The notes under the pieces: model-generated
The model's database searches: none
The model's input: only the letters and a program-made list of their open reading frames with translations
What the model was told of the DNA's origin: nothing
Assembly (NCBI GenBank): GCA_051294375.1
Contig: CM119265.1
Location: 26,201,748-26,265,747, forward strand
Length of the DNA stretch: 64,000 nt
From: Paraspadella gotoi
Taxonomy: Eukaryota > Animalia > Chaetognatha
Direction: 5' to 3'
Made by a program: the position numbers and the translations under genes
In this document: positions 49,344 through 63,788 of the stretch, one piece after another
Layout of the letters: each line of letters starts with the position of its first letter
Numbering within the stretch: the stretch's first letter is position 1

Positions 49344-51890
49344 CGGCTCTCTTTTCCAAAAACGCCCCTTTTCTATAACCCAATCTTTAATCTTAATCCC
49401 GACCAACAAATTTTTAAACCTAACGTAATCCTCAACCCTAATCCTTTGTCTCTAATCCTTACTCCTAATCCTTACCCTTGTCCGAGACCCTAAACTCTAA
49501 TCTTTACTCCTAATCCTTAAACTCTAATCCTTTACAGTATTCCTTGATCTAATCCTTAATCCCTTACCCTAACCAAAAACAAAATTTTTAAACTTAAAAA
49601 TTAACTAAATGTTGAATTTAAGACACAATGAAAAATGGCGTAACGTTACTGTTCCGTGCTTAAAAAAAATTCACTGTTCAATATTATTATATTTTTTTTT
49701 GTTTTTTGAAACGTTATAGTTTCATATGTCGATATCCAAAATATCAATGCAAAATCTTTTTTTGTTTTTTAGATATGACCGAATATAGGGTGAAAGATGA
49801 TAAATTTTTTTAAAAAGTTACTTATTCATATTTATTCCTAGAATTGTAATAAAAAAAAATTAAAAAAAATAATAGTACTAATAGTTAGTGTTATATTTCA
49901 AATAAATGGAAAAAAAACCTTATTTAAAAATTCGATCGGGAAGTGGGGGTAAAAACTAGGCTCACCAATGCATCTCCGCCCATGTTCTCTCAAATAATTT
50001 TTTTATTTAATACATTTGAAAGGGTAAAAAGAAAATTCAGAATGCAGGTTGTATAAAGGTACAGATAATCTGACTTACTGACATGATAACCATGACCTTT
50101 TATATCTTGTGAAATGGGGGCAGTAAAGATATCTAAAAAAATTCGATCATTAACAGTCAATGAACCCTTCTAATGGGCTATTACGAGAAATATTTTTCTT
50201 AATTAAAATGGATGAAATAATGAATTAAATTCTCTGCTATTAATTTAAAAGTAATTAATCAATAAATTAGCACAATGATGTCTTGCTTGTCAAATCATAT
50301 TTGCCAGCTATATAATTTTTTAAAAACTTTATTATGATAAACAAGCAGTGTTCAAGCTTTTAGTTTGCAATTAAATAATAAAAAATGCCGATTTTTTTCA
50401 ACAACAAGAAAGTAATTCCAGACGTTTATATCACAAAGCTGAAAATTTTTGTATTTAATCATTTTTGATATTTAAAAAATATTTTATCAGCTACAATATA
50501 AATTTTGCTTGTTTTTTACTTAACTAAAAAAATAAAGCATTTTTATGGAATATATAAAAAAATTTAATAATATCAAAATGTATTCATCTTTCCTTTCACA
50601 AATTTTACAAAAAGAAAAATAAAAAAATTTCATATCCTTCATTAAAATTTTTAAAGCAAAAAAACTGTTTATACTTTTAACTCTGATTTAAACAAAACTG
50701 TGTAAAGTGTTTATGGATTTAATTTAATAAAACTTTTTAAGAAAGTGTCCCATGATTAGGCTTTAAATTTGATACCACACATCACATACCTCTTTGCTAG
50801 TTTTCTTTCAAAAGTTATTTAATGAAAATAACTTTTCAAACTAAGCAGTACAAATCTTTGTTAAATAAAAATTTTGGCAAAAGAGGGAGTATTCTCACTT
50901 ATTTTTGATGCAATAACTTAAAATTTTAAAATAAAACTTGAAGAAAATTTTTTTGTCATTTAGAGACATAACTTTCAGATTACCCATCAGTATAATAATT
51001 ATTGATTTATTTCCCCCAAAAAAGCCTAATTAAAAAAGCTGAAAATTTTTTTCAAATTGTTGAAAAAAATTCCTCCGACCTATGCTCATTGAAATAATGG
51101 TTTGCATAGAAAATCAAAATATCAAAAAAAAATAAAAAAATCAACCTCTAGAAAAATCGAAGGCTAGAGGCTGATTTTTTTAAAGAATTGCAAATTTTTT
51201 TCCTAACTCGAAATCCATTATCTCAAGTTTTTCAAAATATTTTTTTTCCAAAATCATTCAATCAATTTTTTTTTTTATTAAATGTTTTATGATGTTGTTT
51301 TGTTTGAAAAAGAATTGAAAAAAAAAGTGAAAATTATGTAATTATATAAGGTTTTGGAAATACCTCAAAAATTAAGATAATTAAACACAAGGGGAGTAAG
51401 GCAGTAAAAACTTCCCATTCATAAAAAAAATTGAAAATGAATTGTCATATTGTATTTAGATTAATTGACTATTTACAAACATATGATTCATATAAATTGA
51501 GAAATGATTGGTAAAAATATTCATCTTGGTTCGGTTAAGAAACTATTAAGTATCGTTAAAATTTTTGTTTTAATAATATAATATTTTTTTGCATTTAATA
51601 AAAGCAATTGTCTAAATTTTGTAAGCGTTTTCGAGCTGATATGCTACATCTTTTTTACCTATTTTTATCTAGTTACTTTTTTGTTGATTGGTTTAAGGTT
51701 ATGGTCAGACCAGAAATAAGTATGTCCAGTAGTGTATATCGCACATATTCCAATACAATAATAATCAATTTTAATTGGCTCAGAAACAAATTTTTAAAAA
51801 AGGGACAAAATCAGCACGAAAGACAGTAACGCCACGTTATTTTTCATTGTGTCTTAAGATGAAATGGTGCGCTCTTGTAAAATAAGGCCG
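49344..51890 (-). mobile_element. MITE-like TTAGGG-family element (copy 4) split by a nested insertion
   Basis: Termini CGGCTCTCTTTTCCAAAAACGCCCC (49344) and GGTGCGCTCTTGTAAAATAAGGCCG (51890), with a CCCTAA-like array at 49420-49575. Confidence 0.7.
49622..51853. mobile_element. Non-autonomous DNA transposon with TTAA TSD and GA...TC termini (Kolobok-like), ~2.2 kb
   Basis: TTAA|GACACAATGAAAAAT..CGTTACTGT..CGTGCT at the left and the inverted AGCACG..ACAGTAACG..ATTTTTCATTGTGTC|TTAA at the right. Interior is AT-rich with no ORF. Repeated in the duplicate at ~55400-57657. Confidence 0.8.
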
Positions 51891-51937
51891 AGGTTTGGTG
51901 GTCTCCTTTCTCTCTCTCTCTCTCTCCGGAGAGATCG

Positions 51938-52315
51938 GATGCCGACTGAAAGCGTGCGGTGGATTTCGGTTGTAGTCGAAACAGTGCGCGGCGGTGAGAA
52001 TCCATCTCGGGCATTAACCGTCCCTAACGCAAAAAATGGCGGAAGAGTTCCGGGTCTTGGAAAGGAGGAAACGAGAACAAAGGAACGAAAGCAATATGTA
52101 AAATGGTAGAGTACATATTTTAAATAAACAAAAAGGCAAAACACAAAATGTTCCTCCTACGACGGTCATGATCTGACAGTCCTCAATGAGATCTGCCAAG
52201 GTCACGCCTTTGCGGCTGGGGCGCGCCGATCACCCAGATGGTTAGGGGAAATCCGCAAGATGTCCCCACGCCGCCGACGTCAGAATCCAACAAAAGACCA
52301 GCGGAGAAAAAACAT
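51938..52315 (-). pseudogene. Indel-ridden partial duplicate of protease exons 1-2
   Basis: Matches 46303-46690 and is part of the tandem duplication. Confidence 0.6.
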
Positions 52316-55300
52316 TTTTTCGTTGGGATATTCGTTGCAAAATTTTTTCTCTACGAAAAAAAATTCCGTTTATATTTTTCAGGGAGAAATATTCTTTATA
52401 CTTGAAAAACAAAGAAGTCTTTTGTCTAAAGCGACATCTCTGACATTTCTGTTATCGGCAACGATCCAGAGATAAAACCGTCCCGAAAATTTAAAATTAT
52501 TTTTTAAAAAATTTTTATTTTTGACAAGCTTCTTTTTTCTTCAATTTTCTCTTTCTATCGCCATAGTTTACCTACATGAAATAAAATAACTGGAATGAAA
52601 GGAAAAGCCTTAATTACAAATTTCACGAGTTTCGAAAAAAATATATACATACACATGATGTAGAGCCACAAACTTCGTCAATGGGGTGGGTCAGAAAGTT
52701 TGAATTTGGGAACCTTTTTCAATGAACTTCATACATTTCTTGAAGAAAACTTTCAATGGCAGCAAAATTTTCTAAATGGCAAGAAGCATTCAGTAATATT
52801 ATTTTTTAATATTATTTATATATAGACAATGTCAAAAAAATGTTTTTTTTGAATTTTTCCATTTTTAAAAAAGCAGATTCAATTAGCTTGAAAAGTTTTA
52901 TCTGCTCAAAATTATAATTTCTTTTTTCAATATTTTGATTGAATAAGGGGGTTAAAGAATTGAGAAAAACCTTAAAAAAATCATCAAAATCATTATCATC
53001 ATCCATTTTTTTTAGCAGTTTTTCCTAATTTTAGTAATAAAAACAAATCACAAATTTTAGAAAAAAGAGTTGTAATTATATTTTTTTGTTAACTTTTTAA
53101 AAGCTCTATCAGAAATCAATTAAAAAAAACATTTAAAATATCAAAAAAATTTTTAACATTATATAGCAATAATAATATAATTAGCCGAAATTACTCATGG
53201 TTCGGAACATTTTTGTGGCAAAAAATATTTTAACACAATAATTAATACCAATAATGGATTAGTTTAATGCTGTTCCCCATTAAAATTTGAAATTTGGTCG
53301 GCTACCGCTAACAATGATTTACGCAAAATTCATTGCTCTTGTTGTTGTTACCTCGTCTCCTTTACACGTTGGTTCGGTTTCATGTTGACAAAGTTTTAGT
53401 CAACGATTTGAAGCGGCGTTCGTGAAAATTCGGTTGACGACTGGAGTTTGGCTCTAACTTTATTCTCTCTCTTTTTTCTATTTATTCAAATGACGAACGT
53501 GAGGGCGGGTGAATATGAACAAATATAAGACAAAACTGTTACACAAGATATAATTTCTTAATGAACGCGGTCCGCGACCATCAATGCCTCGTCACAATTA
53601 TAACTTTTGGAGGGCCGGGAAATTTTTTAGCAAATTTGGGGGGGAGATAAAAAAACAAAAAAAACGTTAGATGAATTGGTCTAATTTCAACTTGTCGATC
53701 GTTTCGTCGAAAAATGAAACGGTACAAAAATTTACAATATCTTTTATTTCTTTTTATACTTGCTCTCTCGCATAATTGTCCGTATTTTTAATTACTAATA
53801 GATAGTCAAATTGTTAATTCGAGTTTACAATTGTTATTCATATTCCCAAGTTCGAAATTAACGAAATAGAACATACAAATGTCGCCTTTTTCATTTTTTT
53901 CCGGCGCAGTGTCGGGCTAGCAGTTTTGTATTCTTCGACTCTTTTTATCTTTTTGCGGGTGAAAGAACAAATGAACAAATCTTTGGTGAAATTTATGTCA
54001 GAACAAAAAACTACTTACAAATGTTTTGTTTTTGTTTTTCTACACGAAATTTTAAAAATCTTTTAAATTTTCCTCTGTGTGCGATATTATTAGTTGTAGA
54101 TTGTTTCATATCACGAAAAATAGATCGAATATAGATTTGAAATTAAATGTAACCTTTTTTTTTTTTAAAACTTATGCGGAAAAATAAAAAGAGAAATCAA
54201 TTCTTTATTTTATCCTTCTCGCCATGATGATGATTATGATAATTATTCTTTCTTTTTTGACTTAGCCTGAGGTGAGGCGAAGCGGTAGAAAAAAGCAAAG
54301 AAAAAAAAAGGGAGAAAAAAAAGGGAAATGGGATTTAAAAAATTTATTCATTGAGAAATTTGGGTGGAAATTTTAATCGTAACGGCGGCTTTTAAATGCG
54401 CGGAGTTTGTTAACAGAAATGACGCTGCTCGAAGGACCTTCTTCGTTTAGACCTCTCTTGAAATAGTACAAATTGGTTCAATTAAAGTCACATTAGAATT
54501 TATAAGAGAATGAAAAAAGGTAAATGTCAAAACTTATCGTCCATGACATATAACGCGAAAATTCTAATCCAGGAAATTCGCGTAGTCTCTCACAAAAATT
54601 ACCAAATGACGGTGTTTCACCTTTGGATCTCGAAATATTTTTTTCAATCAACCAACTATGAAAAAAAAATTTTTTAATCAAAAACTCAACCATTCCTGAA
54701 AAAATTTGGTAGGAATTTTTTTGGCTTTGGTTCTCTGACGAATGAAACGCTTTTTTAAATCAACAGGAATTTGTGGATGTTTTAATATTCATACTAAATT
54801 ACTAATCCAAATAATGTAAGTATTAAACGATTACTTGTTTGAATTTGACAAAAATGAAAAATTTTTTTTTAAAAAAATGATACTAAATCCCTCATTAAAT
54901 CCTTAGTAAACTTAATACAAAACGAAAATTATGGTTGAGGCGTCACGTCTATAGTCTCCCTTAGAGAAAAGCCATCGCATAAAATCTCCAATGTAGTTTT
55001 TACGACGCAGAGACTAGTTTTTAATGAGTCAGTCTTCGTGTGAAGGCGGAATTCCCGCTCTTCATTTCCGAGGTTCCAAAATGCCGATCATCAAAAGACA
55101 AAAGGACAATAGAGTTTTATAACGGCTCTCTTTTCCAAAAACGCCCTTTTCTATAACCCATCTTTAATCTTAATCCGACCAACAAATTTTTAAAAAACCT
55201 AAACGTAAATCCTCAACCCTAACCTTTTGTCTCTAATCCTTACTCCTAATCTTACCTTGTCCGAGAACCCTAAACTCTAATCTTTACTCCTAATCCTTAA

Positions 55301-57712
55301 ACTCTAATCCTTTACAGTATTCCTTTGATCTAATCCTTATCCTTACCCTAACCAAAAAAAAATTTTTAAACTTAAAAATTAACTAAATGTTGAATTTAAG
55401 ACACAATGAAAAAATGGCGTAACGTTACTGTTCCGTGCTTAAAAATTCACTGTTCAATATTTTATATTTTTTTTTGTTTTTGAAACGTTATAGTTTTCAT
55501 AATGTCGATATCCAAAATATCAATGCAAATCTTTTTTTTGTTTTTTAGAGTATGACCGAATGATAGGGTGAAAGATGATAAATTTTTTAAAAAGTTACTT
55601 ATTCATATTTATTCGCTAGAATTGGTAATAAAAAAAAATTTAAAAAAAAATAATAGTACTAATAGTTAGTGTTATATTTCAAATAATGGAAAAAACCTTA
55701 TTTAAAAATTCGATCGGGAAGTGGGGTATAAGGCTCACCAAATGGCATCCTCCACGCCGATTGTTCTCTCAAATAATTTTTTTTATTTAATACATTTGAA
55801 AAGGGAAAAAAAGAAAATTCAGAATAGCAGGTTGTATAAAGGGTACAGATAATCTGGACTTACTGACATGATAACCATGACTTATATCTTGTGAAATGGG
55901 GGCAGTAAAGATATCTAAAAAATTCGATCATTAAGTCAGTCAATGAACCCTTTCTAATGGGCTATTACAAGAAATATTTTTCTTTAATTAAAATGGATGA
56001 TAAATAATAGAATTAAATTCCTTGCTATATTTAAAAGATAATTAACAATAAATTTAACACAATGATGTCTTGCTTTGTCAAATAATATTGCCAGCTATAT
56101 AATTTTTTAAAAACTTTAATTATGATAAACAAGCAGTGTGTCAAGCTTTTAGTTTGCAATTAAAGATAATAAAAAATGCCGGATTTTTTTTTTTCACAGA
56201 CAAGAAGGTAATGTCCAGACTGTTTATATCAAGCTGAAAACATTTTTGTATTTAATCATTTTTGATATTTAAAAAGATATTTTATCAAGCCTACAATATA
56301 AATTTTTGCTTGTTTTTTACTTTAACTTAAAAATATAGCATTTAGTTTTAATGGATAAAAAAAATTTAATAATAATCAAAATGTAATTCAGTCTTGTCCT
56401 TTTTCAAATTACAAAAGAAAATAAAAATTTCATATGCCTTCATTAAAATTTTTAAAGGCAAAAAAACTGTTATAACTTTTAACTCTGATTTAAACAAAAG
56501 CTGTGTAAAGATTTATGGATTTAATTTAATAAAACTTTTTTAGAAAGGTGTCCCATGATTAGGGCTTTAATTTGATACCACACCCATCTTGCTAAGCTTT
56601 TTTTTTCAAAACGTTATTTAATAAAAATAACTTTTCAACTACGCAGTACAAATCTTTGTTAAATAAAAATTTGGGCAAAGAGGGAGTATCTCACTTATTT
56701 CTATTGATGCAATAACTTAAATTTTAAAATAAAACTTGAAGAAAATTTTTTTGTCATTTAGAGACATAACTTTCAGATGTACCCATCGTATAATAATTGA
56801 TTGATTTTATTTCCCCCAAAAAAGCCTAATTAAAAAAGCTGAAATTTTTTCAAATGTTGGAAAAAAATTTCCTCCGACTAAGCTCATTGAGAATAATGGT
56901 TTTGCATAGAAAATCAAAATATCAAAAAAATTAAAAAAATCAGCCTCTAGAAAAATCGAAAGGCTAGAGGCTGATTTTTTTAGAATTGCAAAATTTTTTT
57001 TCCTAACTCGAAATCCATTATTCTCAAGTTTCCAAAATATTTTTTTTTCCAAAAATCATTCATATCAATTTTTTTTTTATTATTTTAAAATGTTTTTAGA
57101 TGTGTTGTTTTTGTTTGAAAGAATTGAAAAAAAGTGAAAATATAGTAATTAATAAGGTTTTTGGGAAATACCTCAAAAATATTAGATAATTAAACACAAG
57201 GGGGGAGTAAGCAGTAAAAAACTTCCCATTCATAAAAAAATTGAAAATGAATTTTGTCATATTGTTATTTAGATTAATTGACTATTATACAAACATATGA
57301 TTCATATAAATTGAGAAAATGATGGGTAAAAAATATTCATCTTGGTTTCGGTTAACTATTAAGTTATCGTTAAAATTTTGTTTTAATAAATTCAATATTT
57401 TTTTGCATTTATAAAAGCAATGGTCTAAAATTTTGTAAGCGTTTCGAGCTATATTGCTACATTTTTTTACTATTTTTGATCTAGTTAGCTTTTTTGTTGA
57501 TGTGGTTTAGGGTTATGGTCAGACACAATAATGTCCAGTAGTGTATATCGCACACATATTACCAAAAGTAATAATCAATTAATTTGGCTCAGAAACATTT
57601 TTAAAGGGACAAAATCAGCACGAAGACAGTAAACGCCACGTTATTTTTCATTGTGTCTTAAGATGAAATGGTGCGCTCTTGTAAAATAAGGCCGAGGTTT
57701 GCTGGTCTCCTT

Positions 57713-57754
<42 letters not shown>

Positions 57755-58585
57755 CTCTCTCTCTCTCTCCTCCCCTTCCCCCTCTCGTCCTCTCTCTCTC
57801 TCTCATCTCTCNNNNNNNNNNNNNNNNNNNNNNNNNTCTCTCTCTCTCTCTCTCTCTCTCACGCTTAATATTTTCTTGGTTTCTTCTGACTCAGCCTTTT
57901 CTATACAAACTAGTAAAGGTTAAAAAAATCGTTTGCATATTAAATGGAGATTAATAGCAGTTTTTTTACTTATAAAAGGTTATGTTAATGATTAATATTG
58001 AACTTTTACGCTTTCTTTTGAATTTTCAATAAATTCAATTAATTACTCTGAACACAATAAACGCTCAATTTAAAATTAAGAAACTATTGCCCAAGACTAA
58101 CTCGTACCTAAAATAATATGTATTATTATAAATATCAAAAAATGTGTATAAATACAGTTAAATACCTGTATATACATATAAATACATATAAATACATGTA
58201 TAAATACAATGTAAACATTTATTAAATTTCTTCTTTCAGCATCAACTTCGAATCGAATTTCAGAAAAAAAAAGAAAAAAATGTTTTTTCTCTCGATCATT
58301 TTGTGTTGTTGTTGTTATTTTACCCGAATCGAATCAGTTTCCGAAAATTGGAAACTTTACGAATCATTCGTCAAATCGATGGAGGGTGAGTATGTGAATT
58401 GTGAATTGTGAATGATTGGTGAGTAGAGGAGTTCGGTTCAGTTATTAAATTGATTTAAAGTTTGAAATCAACAAAAAAACGCAAAGAACAACAACAACAA
58501 CAATAGAAACTGCCGACGAACCAAAGGAAAGGTGGTCCGATTAGTCAGACCGATTAGGCCTTTGGACATTGAACCCGCTTGGATT

Positions 58586-58652
<67 letters not shown>

Positions 58653-58796
58653 TACTCTCTCCTACTATTGCTCTCACTCTCTCGCGTTCTCTCTCTATCT
58701 CTCTCTCACACTTTCTTTCCTCTGCGCATAAGACACGTCCTGTCGGTCGGAAATTTTCTCCCCGATTGATAAACTTCCTTCTTTCTCTCTTTCTTG

Positions 58797-58867
<71 letters not shown>

Positions 58868-61800
58868 TTTTTCTTTCTTTCTTTCTTTCTTTCTTTCATT
58901 ATTTCTTCCTTTCTTTCATTCTTTTTTATTTCTTTCTTTCTTTCTTTCTTTTTTTTATCCTTCTTCATTTCTTATTATCTTTCTTTCTTTTTTTTTCTTT
59001 CTGTCTTGAAAAAAAAGCTAGAAATTTAAAAAACAAATTTTTTGTTAAAGTTTTTTATTCCTTTTTCCCTTTTTTCCCCAACGGTAACTTTCATTTTTCA
59101 AGAAATGCTATGGCTTTCTCTNNNNNNNNNNNNNNNNNNNNNNNNNAACACAAAGAGAGAGACTGTTAATAACGACGACGACGATTAGACATTGAGTTAT
59201 TCCGTGGTGTGCCTTGAAAACAGACTGAACATAGAAATTTTATAGTAGTGAATTATTTTTTATGATGACAAACTGTTGGGGAGACGAAGAACGATGCACA
59301 GTAAAGCGACAATGATGACGATGACGAATGACGACAGACAAGACGAATCGACGAACGACGACGACGACGACGACGACGAATGAGAAAATCTCGCGTATCG
59401 TGTCTTTTGTTCCGTGTCGAAGGAAGATAAAAGAAGGAGATAGGAAGGAAGGAAAGAAGGGAAAAATAAAAAAAGAAAAGAAACGAAAGAGAACAGAAAA
59501 GAAAAAAAGAAAAGGAAAAGAAAAGAAAAGAAAAGAAAAGAAAAGAAAAGAAAAGAAAAGGAATATCCTTTCGAAAAATCAGGTGAATCTGATACGGTGC
59601 TTACATTAGTTTTTTAGAAATGGTAGTAATTTAAAGTAATTAAAGATAATAGTTGTATAGTGTTGTTGTTCTAATTTCTTAAAAACAGTTGTTCACTCTC
59701 ACACTAGATCAATATTTAGACGAATGACAGCATCCAGTCACAGGCAAAGTTCACATCCTTCGAAACTCACAGGAATTATCAAGAGTCAGGCTGAATATAA
59801 TTCTCTTCTCTCTCTCTCCTCTCTCCTTCTCTCTCTCTCGTCTTCTCTCTCCTCTCTCTCTCTCTCGTCTCTGCTCTCTTCGTTCCTCTTGTCTTTGCCC
59901 TCGCTGACGTTCAATTCGCGTTTAAGGCCTCAGAACAATAATCGACTTCGTGACTTGCACGGAGTCGTTCTCGTCTGTGGAGAAAAAACTAATATGATAA
60001 AAGGGAGAAAGATCGATGGGAGAGAGAGGAGAAGAGAGAAAAAGAGATGAGAGATGAGTAGAGAGAAAGGAGAGAGAGAAGAGAGCGAGATGAGAGAGAG
60101 AGAGAGGAGAAGAGGAGAAGAAAGAGAGAGATGAGAACAGACAGACAGACAGACAAGATGATGAGGGCGCTTAAAAGAGAAGAGTGGAATTAGCTCTGGA
60201 AGAAAAATAGGAGAAAAGAGAATAAGAATGAAACCAGAAAGTTGGAGAGAGAGAGTTAATCAACAATGTGCATCGTGGGAAGAAAGATATAAAAAAAGGA
60301 ATTTACTTATGAATTTGAAAATATGAAATCAATAAGCGAATAATGTTAGTAATGAAGTAATCTAAATTTAAAGAAGCATAGAAAGAAAGGAAAGAAAACA
60401 TAGAAACAAGAAAAAGAAAGAAAGAAAGAAAGAAAGAAAGAAGAAAAGAAAGAAAGAAAAGAAAAGAAAGAAAAAAGCAAAGAAGAAAGCAAAGAAAGAA
60501 AGCAAAGAAAGAAAAGCAAGAGAAAAAAGATATAGATAAGTCTGACCAATACCAAATGGTAAAGTTCCCATAAAAGCTAAAGGGAGACAAAGAGAGATAT
60601 CGAACTTCGCCCGTAGTGGAAAGAAAAGTCAAATAAAACTAGAAACAGAAGTAAAAAAAAAGATAAAGACAACGAAATCAAAGGAGAAGGGTCGACAAAG
60701 AAAGAAAAGAAAAAGAAAGTAAAGAACGGAAATGGTAAGAGTCCAGAACGAAGGTCCTCAAAGAAGAAAGGGAGAGTCAAATGAGGGAAAAGATAAGGAC
60801 AATAGAAACACTAAGAACCAGAAGACGAAGAGAAAGAAAAGATGTTGGGGGAAAGAATAAGATCTAGATAAAAAATATAAAGAAAAAATAAAAAAAAAGA
60901 TTTACCATGTGAAGAAAGTTTTATTCAATTAATCTGCCTGTATGAAAGTTATGGATATTTCATTGTGTTTGAACATGATTTTAAGAAAATTTAATTTTAA
61001 TTTAATATTTTAATATTCAAACTCTTCTAATTAATTTTATTGAAAATATTGTATATTGTACATAGTACCATCTAGGCGAAGAATTATATCGCAAGGTGTG
61101 TTCTAAAGAGTTTCAATTTATTGATAAAAAATATACAAAACATAAGGTAAATACATGGCTTTATATTGGTATGTCCCTCTCTCGGCATCTTAATTTCGAG
61201 TTCTGGGCATCAGCTTTCATTGTGGGATGACGGTATGAAATTAACGCAATTCTGTTTTCCAAGGCCTCCGACGGCGCTGACTGTTCCCATCCTTCTGAGA
61301 GCTACAATTGGTACTTTTATGAACCAAAAGAGAGGTTGAGATTTATTTTGGCATTTTCAACCTTAGGTAGCGTATATTTTTATCTTTCCAAAATTGTTAT
61401 ATATTAGGAAAACAGTATGAGGTAGATAATAGTTGTCGAGAACGAGACGGAGCGGACGACGGGACGGACGGACGAAAGCATAACACGGAGGTAGGGATTG
61501 ATGATTCCCATCTGCATGATAGAGTATACTGGGAGCAATGGACAGGAGAGAGACGTAAGCGAAAAGGACAAAACGGACAGAACGGATAATTGAAGCGGGT
61601 ACTAGTTTGACCTCACTATTAGTGGAGTAGGAAAGATGAATTAATGGAAAATAAAGAAGATGATGTAAATAAAGATGAACGGATGTGAGCAGGAATCGAC
61701 AGACGGGACGGACCAACAATAAAAAACAAAAACAAAGAGGAAAGAAGGAAAGATCGTAGTTGGAAAATTAGCGCAAGGAGAAGAAAAAATAGCGCTAATC

Positions 61801-62140
61801 TATCCTTTTTTCTTTTTTGCTCTTTCTCAACTTATGTCAGTGTATTCTCTCTCGGCTCTTTTCTCCGCGACCAGTTGTAATGTCTGACTTCGTCCTCTCT
61901 CTTTAAAGTGTTTTTTACTTTGTTTTTGTGTCTCTTATTATCTGTCTCTCGTCTCACTCGTGCTCTCGTCCTCCTCTCGTCTCGTCTCTCTCTCTCTCTT
62001 GACTCATCCCCGCGATGAAAGTCGAGTGTAAAGACGGCAATGTGCTTCGCTAAGGTAAAACTCGGTGCTCTTTCCTTACAAACCAAAAAAAGTGAAATCC
62101 GCAAAAAGAAAAAAAAAAACTTTCCAGAAGCAAAATAAAT

Positions 62141-62290
62141 AGCCCCTTTTTTTTCCAGAAACGCCCCGATTTTATTCTTAAAATCGAAATGTAAGGTTAA
62201 TTTTTTAGGTTAAAGATTACGGTTGGCGGATGTTAAGAATTAGGGATAATAAACAACAAGAAAATGGGTCGCTCGTGGGAAAAGACAGCC
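62141..62290 (+). mobile_element. MITE-like TTAGGG-family element (copy 5)
   Basis: GCCCCTTTTTTTTCCAGAAACGCCCCGATTTTATTCTTAAAATC...GGGTCGCTCGTGGGAAAAGACAGCC. Confidence 0.55.
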
Positions 62291-63085
62291 AAGCAGATTG
62301 AAAGGAACAGAAATTTCTGCGCTCTGGAGATATAGAGAGGACTAAAAAAAATGTATGTTTTTTTTTAGGGAAAAAAATATTGAAAGAAAAAAATCGGGAG
62401 GAAAAAATCTTGCGGAATAGCTTGTTTGAATCTTAAATTTCTGGTTTCTCGTGATTTGTCTTCTCCCCCGCGCTTCTGAGAGCATTTGATAAGAGATAAT
62501 GGAAGGAGGGGAGAGAGAGAGAAGAGAAGAGAGAGAGAGAGAGAGGGAGAGCGAGAGAGAGAGAAGAGCCGGAGAGAGAGAGAGGGAAGAGAGAGAGATG
62601 AATAGACGATTAATCAAAGAAACAGCTTCGTATGATGCTAGTAATAGAAGAGGAAGAGAGAGAGAGATATGAGGAGAGAGAGGAGAGAGAGAAAGAGAGA
62701 GAGAAAATCGAGAGAAAAGAGAGAAGAAGAGAGAGAAATGAAAGAGAGAGAAAAGACGCCAGAAGAAGAGAGTAGAGAAGAGAAGAGGAGAGAGGAGAGA
62801 GAGGAGAGAGGTAAAGTGAGACTCGGGGTCCGGCCGCAGGAGGCGAAAAATTATCAAGCTGCTTTGGGCGAATAGAAAAAAAAAACGAGTGTGTGTTGGG
62901 CAATTTAAGAGAAAATGTGAAGGAAAGGGAATGAAAGTGGAGTTGAGGAAGCGCGTGAAAAATGAAGAATTAAAAAAGAATCACATCAAGAACACAACAG
63001 ATTTCACGCTAAAAGAAAAGAAAGAAGTACTAGTGTACAGAGAGAGAGAGAGAGCGAGAGAGAGAGAAGGAGAGGAGAGAGAGAG

Positions 63086-63120
<35 letters not shown>

Positions 63121-63656
63121 AGAGAGAGCGGGGACTTTTCCAAAAAATTCAAGGAGAAACCTTGATCCAAATTTATTGGGAAAAAGATGGTGAAGAAAGA
63201 AAAAGAAGAGAAACGAAGAAGACAAAAATTTTTGCAAGATTAATCTTAACCCGATCATTTTATTTTCCTTCTTAGTGCTTACTGTTAAAATTGTCTTCTC
63301 CAGATGCTGAGCGTCTTGTTCTTCGCTACAACGCAGCACTTGTCTTTTTAAGCTATTTTCTCTCTCGTCTCTTAGCTCTCTCTCTCGTCTCTCTTTGCTC
63401 CCGGCAGCTCTTTTCTCTCTTCTCTTCGTCTCTCTCCTATCCTCTCGTCTCTGTCTCTGTCTCTCGTCTCTCTCGTCTTTCCTCTTAAAAAATCTCCTAT
63501 TTTCAATTTCTTCGCGACCGCATGGTGATATGTTAGGCGAGAAGTATGAAAAAATTGACTCGGTTAAAGGAAGCGACAAGGAGAGAATAAGGGGATGAGA
63601 GAAGAAAAACAAGAAGAAAGTTGTAAAAGAGAGAGAGAGAGAGAGGAGAGAGAGAG

Positions 63657-63687
<31 letters not shown>

Positions 63688-63707
63688 CGATAAGAGAGAG
63701 ATGAGAC

Positions 63708-63739
<32 letters not shown>

Positions 63740-63755
63740 CAGATGATGAGGAGAA

Positions 63756-63788
<33 letters not shown>

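Larger units (their letters stand above)
46303..57730. repeat. ~5.7-kb direct tandem duplication (46303-51925 and 51938-57730), probable gap-fill artefact
   Basis: The second copy is colinear with dense 1-2 nt indels, starts in the middle of protease exon 2 and ends near the 25-N gap at 57812. Confidence 0.9.
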
